NCBI GenBank assembly: GCA_038087875.1
Contig: CM075993.1
Coordinates: forward strand, 5,582,001 to 5,646,000
From: Malacoraja senta
Taxonomy: Eukaryota
Direction of reading: 5' to 3'
Length of the DNA: 64,000 nt
The position numbers were made by a program, and so were the translations under genes. Shown here one piece after another: positions 55,814 to 64,000 of this stretch (the first letter of the stretch is position 1; the number at the start of each line of letters is the position of its first letter). The notes below the pieces were generated by a model. The model did no database searches and was not told the origin of the DNA. It saw only the letters and a list, made by a program, of their open reading frames with translations.

Positions 55814-58800
55814 GTGAGGACAAAACAGCGTGGAAAATAAGCTTCGATAAAAACAAACTATAATCTTCCACAACCCTGAAATGTTCCTAGAACAGGGTGT
55901 CAGGGGTTACATAGATACATAGATACATAGAAAATAGGTGCAGGAGTAGGCCATTCGGCCCTTCGAGCCTGCACCGCCATTCAATACGATCATGGCTGAT
56001 CATCCAACTCAGTATCCCGTACCTGCCTTCTCTCCATACCCCCTGATCCCTTTAGCCACAAGGGCCACATCTAATTCCCTCTTAAATATAGCCAATGAAC
56101 TGGCCTCAACTACCCTCTGTGGCAGAGAGTTCCAGAGATTCACCACTCTCTGTGTGAAAAAGTTTTTCCTCATCTCGGTCTTAAAGGATTTCCCCCTTAT
56201 CCTTAAGCTGTGACCCCTTGTCCTGGACTTCCCCAACATCGGGAACAATCTTCCTGCATCTAGCCTGTCCAACCCCATAAGAATTTTGTACGTTTCTATA
56301 AGATCCCCTCTCAATCTCCTAAATTCTAGCGAGTATAAGCCAAGTCTATCCAGTCTTTCTTCATATGAAAGTCCTGACATCCCAGGAATCAGTCTGGTGA
56401 ACCTTCTCTGCACTCCCTCTATGGCTATAATGTCCTTCCTCAGATTTGGAGACCAAAATTGTACGCAATACTCCAGGTGTGGTCTCACCAAGACCCTGTA
56501 CAACTGCAGTAGAACCTCCCTGCTCCTATACTCAAATCCTCTTGCTATGAAGGTTATGGGGAGAAGGCAGGAGAATGCGGTTAGGAGGGAGAGATAGATC
56601 AGCCATGATTGAATGGTGGAGTAGACTTCATGGGCTGAATGGTCGAGTAGACTTCATGGGCCGAATGGTGGAGTAGACTTCTGCTCCTATCACTTATGAC
56701 TTATATTCAATCAACAAATTATGTTTAGATTAAATGTGTGATTGTGCATATGTTCGAAAGAACTGCAGATGCTGGTTTAAACCGAAGATAGGCACAAAAA
56801 GATGGAGTAACTCAACAGGGTCAGGCAGCATCTCTGGAGAAAAGAAATAGATGACCTTTCAGGTCGCGTCCCTACTTCAGGAGCATGTTTGCCCATTTGT
56901 GCATGTTCGTGCATGTCAATTGTGCTTGTTTGCTCATTTTATGTGGGTTGCAAAGGGAGATTTAACACTTCAGAATGTCTCTGGACTTTCTGCAAACAAT
57001 GAAGTACTTTTGCTATTGTTTGAATGTGGCTAACACGTCAGACAACATGTGCGTTACAAGTTCAGTGACTAGATGTTGTCTTTTGGCCATGTTGATTGAG
57101 GGATACATTTTGGCCAGGGCTCCGTGGAAAACTCTTTTTCCTTGAAATCCTGCCCGTCAGCTTATCTACCCGAGACAGCAGACAATCTCCCGATTTATAG
57201 TTTTATCACAAAGTCTTATCACAAAGACACGCCTTTCATATTGGTATCATATTAAAACTGTCGCAGCTTCTGAATTAATCAAGGTGGTGCAATGTTACAT
57301 TTTAAGTATGTCCTCAAACAAACACATTTTGGTGCATGCCCTTATCGTTAAGATCTTTCCTTAGGAAATGGTATGGTATCTGTCAAAAGCCGGAACAAGG
57401 ATTACCTGTGGTGAAGTACTCCAGTCAGTTACTTGCAACATCAAAGACAGTTGCAAACATAATACTGAAAGTTACTAACATAAAAGAAAGAATACAGTGA
57501 AAATGCAATAAATCAGGCAGCATATGTGGAATGAAAAACAGGCAATGTTTCAGGTCTGATAACGTGGTCAGAACCTCTGACGCCAGCAATTTTTTGTATA
57601 GTTGAATAATACTTTGTTATATTGCAAATGCTGTTGGGGTTTTTTTTTCCTCTCCCCATTCTGGTTTAACTGTTCAGCAACTAAATTGTTTGGGAGGTAA
57701 ATTGAAGTGTTTGAAACCATAACATTGCTTTAAACTGAAAAGATTTGTCCTCTCTTAATGAAGGACTTTAAGATGCAAATTTCCTGCTCAGAATCCTGGA
57801 ATTCTGGAGCATAAAATTTCAGCATTTCTCATTGCTTGGCTAAATACCCTCATTAATACCATGGACTTGACTGCTGTTGCTATATAATCAATATAAATAC
57901 TTCTTGCCACTCTGCTGGGCAGAAACTGTGGTTTGCAAATTGGAATATTAGCCAAATATATGCATTGTAATATATTGGGAGAGAGGGTATTAGTATCAAT
58001 AATGGGACCAGAGCACTGTTCGTGCTTGCAGAAGACCCGAGAATATAAGAAAATATGGACAAGTTGCATCTTAAGCCTGCACCAGCATTCAATATGATCA
58101 CAGCTGAACTGAGCTGACTTCAACACCTTTTCTGTGTATTTCCCCAATTTCTCCACCTCCAGTTTATGTACCTGTAATGATTTTGATCTGTTTGTAGATT
58201 GTCCACAAACTAAGTCTCAATCAGCAGGGGACTCCGGGAAGTACCCTGATTTCGAGACATTTCCTGGAATGAGTCAGTACTTGCAGGGAATGTGTGAGTG
58301 TTTGATTGCTGTTGATGGCGTGTGTCACTGTCTGGCACAATCTCTGAAGTGGGAAGGTTTAAACTCCGCTCCTTTCACACTGCAGCTGTCTCGACCACAG
58401 GTAGTAAACAGTGGTCTCTCTCTGTGACCTTGTTAAAGCAGACCCCATACCGTTGGAAGAGCTTGTGCAGCGATAATAAGAAGCAGACATATCAGGATTT
58501 ATTTTATCACATTGCAGGGAGACGTAACGTAACACTGTGGAGGATTAGACTGTACATAGATATGCAGGGGTGAGGAAAATCTTGGGGTTTGGAGTAGACC
58601 ATCAATTATAGCAAAATGAGCACGAGTAGACAAGACATCCTCCTCCCATCCCACTTTATAGACCCATGAGTACCGTTGGATGTGTTTGTTATTAATCCTA
58701 TGGGAAAGGAAATAGCCTTTAACCTTTCAATGCAGAGTAAGGCTCTGCAGCAAACGCAGTACAAAAACAATGGCTCGCTCACTAGAGCCAAGAGAGTCGT

Positions 58801-59625
58801 GAATGCATTTAATTGGCATGAGTACTGGAAATGGGACCATTACATTCTTATTTGCTGCAGCTTAACAGGCCCATTAATGCAACAACGCACAGATAAATGT
58901 CTAATGATCTACAATCAATAAATTGCTAATGCTAGATTACTGGCGCCAAGAACGAAGGGGGTGGACTTGGTGCTGGGGGAGGGGGGGGAGGGTAAACCAG
59001 GAAAGAAGGGGGGGGAGCCACCGAGAACAATGGGGGGCCACCAACAATGAAGGGGGACCCAACAGGAGGCTATCTGTAGCCGCGCGCAGGAGATGGGACT
59101 GTTCTGTGACCTTTTGTAACTTTCTCGGCTCCAGAAACGTGGCGACACTTGACTGCTGCCTGGGTGAGTTCTGCCATATTAATTTACTGCCTTGTATGTA
59201 ATACAAAGCATTTCGCTGTATCTAGGTGTGACATGTGACAATAAAGTATTATTGAAGCATTAACTATAAGTCGTCGTGCAAAGACAGTCCATGGAAGATC
59301 ATAAATGCTGAGGTTGGGGTTAGTGTTGTGCAGTGTTAAAGTGCCTGATGGTTGTTGGGAAGAAGCTGTTCTTGAACCTGGTGGTTACGGGCCAGAACAC
59401 TTGGTGCAGAGTTAGATTTGCTGTCGTACAGCACCAGAGACCCAGGTTCGATCCTGACGAATGACGCTGTTGGTATGGAGTTTGTATATTCTCCCCGTGA
59501 CCTGCGTGGGCTTTCTTCAGGGGCTCCGGTTTCCTCCCACACTCCAAAGACGTACAGGTTTGTAGGTTACTTGGCTTTGTAAAAATGCTAAATTGTCCCT
59601 CCCTAATGTGTGTAGGATAGTGTTA

Positions 59626-59935
59626 TGGCCCTGTCCCACTATATGAGTTTACCCAAGAGCTCTCCCGAGTTTAAAAAAAAATCAAACTCGTGGTAAGCAC
59701 GTAGAATGTACGTAGCGGGTACGTCGGAGCTCGGGGACGTCTCTTAGCGGCTCGTAACGCTAACGGCAGGTACTCGGGAAAGCTCGTGAAGACTCGTGAA
59801 GATTTTTCAACATGTTGAAAAATGTCCACGAGAGCCCCGAGTACCGACGAGCGGCCATTACCGTAAATCTCTGAGTTCGAATCAGGGGAAACTCGGGGGA
59901 ACTCTTGAATTAGCTCGTACAGTGGGACAGCCCCC
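59626..59935. mobile_element. Harbinger-like MITE inserted in a V-SINE
   Basis: Same family as 14619-14949; SINE sequence resumes on both sides. Confidence 0.8.
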
Positions 59936-60517
59936 TTTGTGTGCAGGGATCGCTGGTCGGCACGGGCTCGGTGGGCCGAAGGGCCTCTTTCCGCGCTGTG
60001 TCTCTAAAATTAAAATAAACACAACTGAGAAGACTGTCCCAGGTAATGAGGCGAGAGGGCGTCACAGTAACGTGCTTTTATGTTGCACCTTTAGAACAAC
60101 AAATTGTAAGGAAATGCATCAAAAATTAATTAACGAAGAATTGACCCCCAACGGCACTGGGAGATTTTGGGGGAGGCGAGCAAAAGAAAAGGTACAACCA
60201 ATTGTTCTACCAGTATGTGAAGTGGATCAGAATGATTTACTTTAGACTTTAGAGATACAGGACCTTCGGCCCGCTGAGTCCGTGCCAGCCAGTGATCGCC
60301 CCGTGCACTAGCATTACTCTACCACTAGGGACAATTTACAATTTACCCAAGTCAATTAACCTACTGTTGACTGATCCTGTACGTCTTTGGAGTGCGGGAG
60401 GAAACCACTCAGAGAAAACCCCATGCCGTCACAGGAAAAACGTACAAACTCCGTACAGACAGCACCCATAGTCAGGATTGAACCCAGGTGTCTGGCGCTG
60501 TAAGGCAGCAACTCTAC

Positions 60518-60701
60518 AGGGCCTGTCCCACTTGGGCGTCATTTGCGCGTCATATACGCGACATCATTTACGCGTCACGTCGCACGACGCGCGCATGGCA
60601 TGCCTTACGGTCGCGCGCGGCGCCCCAGGATTTTGGGATTCACAAAATCTTCGCGGGCCACCTGCGTGACGCGCAAATGACGCCCAAGTGGGACAGGCCC
60701 T
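60518..60701. mobile_element. Harbinger-like palindromic MITE inserted in a V-SINE
   Basis: TIRs AGGGCCTGTCCCACTTGGGCGTCATTTGCGCGTCA; 3-bp TSD TAC/TGC splitting SINE CAACTCTAC|CGCTGCGCC. Confidence 0.85.
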
Positions 60702-63700
60702 TGCCGCTGCGCCACCGTGATGCCCACGTGATGCTGACTTGTTTCAGGCAAGCTTGGAGGGAAGAAAGAGCCAGGATATCGAAGAGATTGGGGAAGTAAT
60801 CCCAACGGTTAGTATTTAGAACATAGAACAGTGCAGCGCGTCCACATATCCACGCCGAACATGATGCTATGTTAAAATAATCTGCCCTACCTGCATGTGA
60901 TCGGTATCCCTCCATTTCCTGCAGATCTCTTTGTCTATGTAAAAGTCTCTTCAATGCCACTATTGTATCCGCCTCTACCATCACCCTGGGCAGCACATTC
61001 CAGGCACTCACCAACGTCTGTGTACAATAAACACCCTGCACCTCTCCTTTAAACTTTGCCCCTCTGATCTTAAGCTATGCCCTCTAGTCTTTGACATTTC
61101 CACCTTGGGACTGACTGTCTACACTATCTGTCCCTCTTGTAATTTCATATATTTCCATCAGGTCTCCCCTCAGCCTCTGGTGCTCCAGATAAAGCAATCT
61201 ATGTTTGTCCAAGCTGCCCTTATTGATACTACCCTCTAATCAAGGCAGCAGCCTGGCAAACCTCTTCTGTTGGAAGATGGCTACCAATGTGAATGGGCTG
61301 GAGCACAGAATATTTGTGTCATTGAGGAGATTAAAGTGGGAGGGAGGAGAGAGGTCGTGGATGGATCTGCAAACATATCCAAGCATTTTATAATTGGGGG
61401 TGAGACGAAACATAGAAACATAGAAAATAGGTGCAGGAGGAGGCTATTTGGCCCTTCGAGCCAGCACCGCCATTCATTGTGATCATGGCTAATCGTCCCC
61501 AATCAATAACCCGTGCCTGCCTTCTCCCCATATCCCTTGATTCCACCAGCCCCTAGAGCTCCATCTAACTCTCTCTTAAATCCATCCAGTGACTTGGCCT
61601 CCACTGCCCTCTGTGGCAGGGAATTCCACAAATTCACAACTCTCTGGGTGAAAACGTTTTTTCTCACCTCAGTCTTAAATGGCCTCCCCTTTAGTCTAAG
61701 ACTGTGTGGCCCCTGGTTCTGGACTCGCCCAACATTGGGAATATTTTTCCTGCATCTAGCTTGTCCAGTCCTTTTATAATTGATTTTATAATTGATTTTA
61801 TAAGCTACCAAGCGCAGGAAGAGTGGGTGAGTGAAAGTGTGGAGGAGGTGACAGTGACTTCCTTTGGGGTGAGCTAGCAAGGGAGATGAGCGATATTACG
61901 GAGATGAAAGCAGGTGGTCTTAGTGGTTGAGAGGATGTAGGTCAAATGCTCAGTTTGGGGTCAGGTAGAGTGCACAGATGATGTGCAATCAAGGAGCCAG
62001 AGAGGTCAGCAGTTTAGTGTAGTTTAGTTCAGAGATACAGCTCAGAACCATGCCCTTTGGCCCACCAAGTCCGCGCCGACCAGCAATCCCCATTACACTA
62101 GCACTCACCACACACTAGGGACAAGTTATAATTTGTACCAAAGCCAATCAACTTACAAATCTGTACGGCTTTAGAGTGTTGACGAAACCGGAGCAAATGG
62201 GGAAAGACCATGCGGTCACAGGATGAATGTAGGTACAGACAGCACCCGTGGTCAGGATCGAACCCGGGTCGCCAGCGCTGTAAGGCAGCAACTCTTCCGC
62301 TGCGCCACCGTGCCGCCCTATAAGGTGCCCTCAATATTCTGGTCCACAGTGGAAGAGTTATGCTTGTGACGTCTGAGGAGTGGCCTCAGCCCAACTCTGG
62401 CATCAGCCGTCATGGTTCCATGTGTGCTCACGAGTTTGCACGTTCCCCTTGCGACGTGGGTTTCCTTCGGATGCTCTGGATTCCTTCCATTTCTCAAGGA
62501 CGTGTGGGTTTGTGTGTTAATTGGCTTCTGCAAATTGCAGGGTGTGGATGAGACCACCCAAACCACCCCCTCCCCAGGTACTTTCCCCTGCAACCGCAGG
62601 AGATGCAACACCTGTCCCTTTACCTCTCCCCTCGACTCCGTCCAAGGACCCCGACGGTCTTTTCAGGTGAGGCAGAGGTTCACTTGCACCTCCTCCAACC
62701 TCATCTACTCTATCCGCTGTTCCAGGTGTCAACTTCTATACATCGACGAGACATAGCTGGAGTTACAGAACTCCTCCACTCCACCACTGTCGGAGTGAGG
62801 CCCAGTGCAAATTGGAGGAACAATTTGAGGAAATGGTCAAACGTGGGCAAATAGTACCAGCTAAGATGAGGCATCTTGGTCAGCATGGACGAGTTGGGCC
62901 GAAGGGCCTTTTCCATGCTGTATGGCTTTATGCATCACAGGACTTTAGGCAGGCAAGCACTTGACTGAATGTCTGACCTAAACTTAGCAGGGACAAACTC
63001 CCTGAGTGTTATGTCATACTTTGTAAGTGATAGGAGCAGAATTGGGCCATTCGGCCCATCATGTCTACTCCGCCATTCAATCATGGCTGATCTATCTCTC
63101 CCTCCTAACCCCATTCTCCTGCCTTCTCCCAATAACCCCTGACACCCGTATTAATCAAGAATCTATGTATCTCTGCCTTAAATATATCCAATGACGCCCT
63201 CCACAGCCTTTAGTGGCAAAGAATTACACAGATTCACCACCCTCTGCTAAAGAGATTCCTCCTCATCACTTTCCTAAAGGAACGTCCTTTAATTCTGAGG
63301 CTATGATCTCTAGTCCTAGACTCTCCCACTGGTTGAAACATCCCCTCCGCATCCACTCTATCCAAGCCTTTCAGTATTCGATAAGTTCCAGTAAGAACAG
63401 TTAGACTGCACAAGACACACAGGGTCCCTGGAGTGGGACTTGAACTCATAGCCCTCTGACTCCAGAGGGAAGAGAGAGATGCTCAACGAATCTCGGTTAA
63501 TGGACATAGTGCTTCCCTTAAATTGTCTTATTAAACCTTACCTCACCACTTGGCACCGCCACCTCCATCTATTTATTTCCTCCTCTATCTGTTCTGCGGT
63601 ATTTTTTAACCTTGTTCCTTCACCTAGATTTCTATTAATACGTTTTTAAAAATGGACCAGTTGCAAACAGCACTCGAGGTCCTGTTAAATTATGCAGCAG

Positions 63701-64000
63701 GTTTGATTTTCCGTTACTGGTCTTGCATCTGGGCGCCATTAGTGAGGGAAGCTATGCTCCAGTGTGGTAAAGAGGAGCTATTAAGACAATAGGATATGTC
63801 CACTCTGCAAAAATAATCTAATCCGCAGAGAGTGGTTTCGAGCAGAAGGCCCCAGACCCTTGTCCCTGACACTCTGTCCCTGGCCCTCTGTCAACAAACT
63901 AGTTTGTCCCGTAAAACGGCACTGTATATCTTTTCGTTTTAATTTAGTTTAGTTTAATTTAGAGATACAGCGAGGAAACAGGCCCTTCGGCCCTCCGAGT

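Overview
Repeat-dense vertebrate genomic DNA, most likely a cartilaginous fish (skate/ray type, inferred from HE1-like V-SINEs and HER1-like CR1 LINEs). Host genes: four internal coding exons of TUBGCP4 (- strand, 703-10221; its 5' exons were not found and a 200-N gap lies at 10784-10983) and coding exon 1 of a MAP1A-like gene (+ strand, 55453-55813) carrying an in-frame 66-bp tandem repeat. A possible unidentified small three-exon gene lies on the - strand (25933-20479). The rest is mostly mobile DNA: a full-length Gmr1-type Gypsy LTR element (integrase before RT, SCAN-like Gag, tRNA-Pro PBS, RNase H deleted), CR1, Rex1-like, L1, Vingi-like, HERO-like and Penelope-like retroelements, plus Harbinger-, P- and hAT-like DNA elements. 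Best leads: (1) a 141-bp TSD-flanked retroposon whose 5' end folds into a minimal HDV/CPEB3-like ribozyme (31617-31757); (2) a ~760-bp interstitial telomeric array inside TIRs and a TSD (19267-20142); (3) many Penelope-derived hairpins carrying hammerhead cores. All calls are by eye; no searches were run and repeat boundaries without TSDs are approximate.
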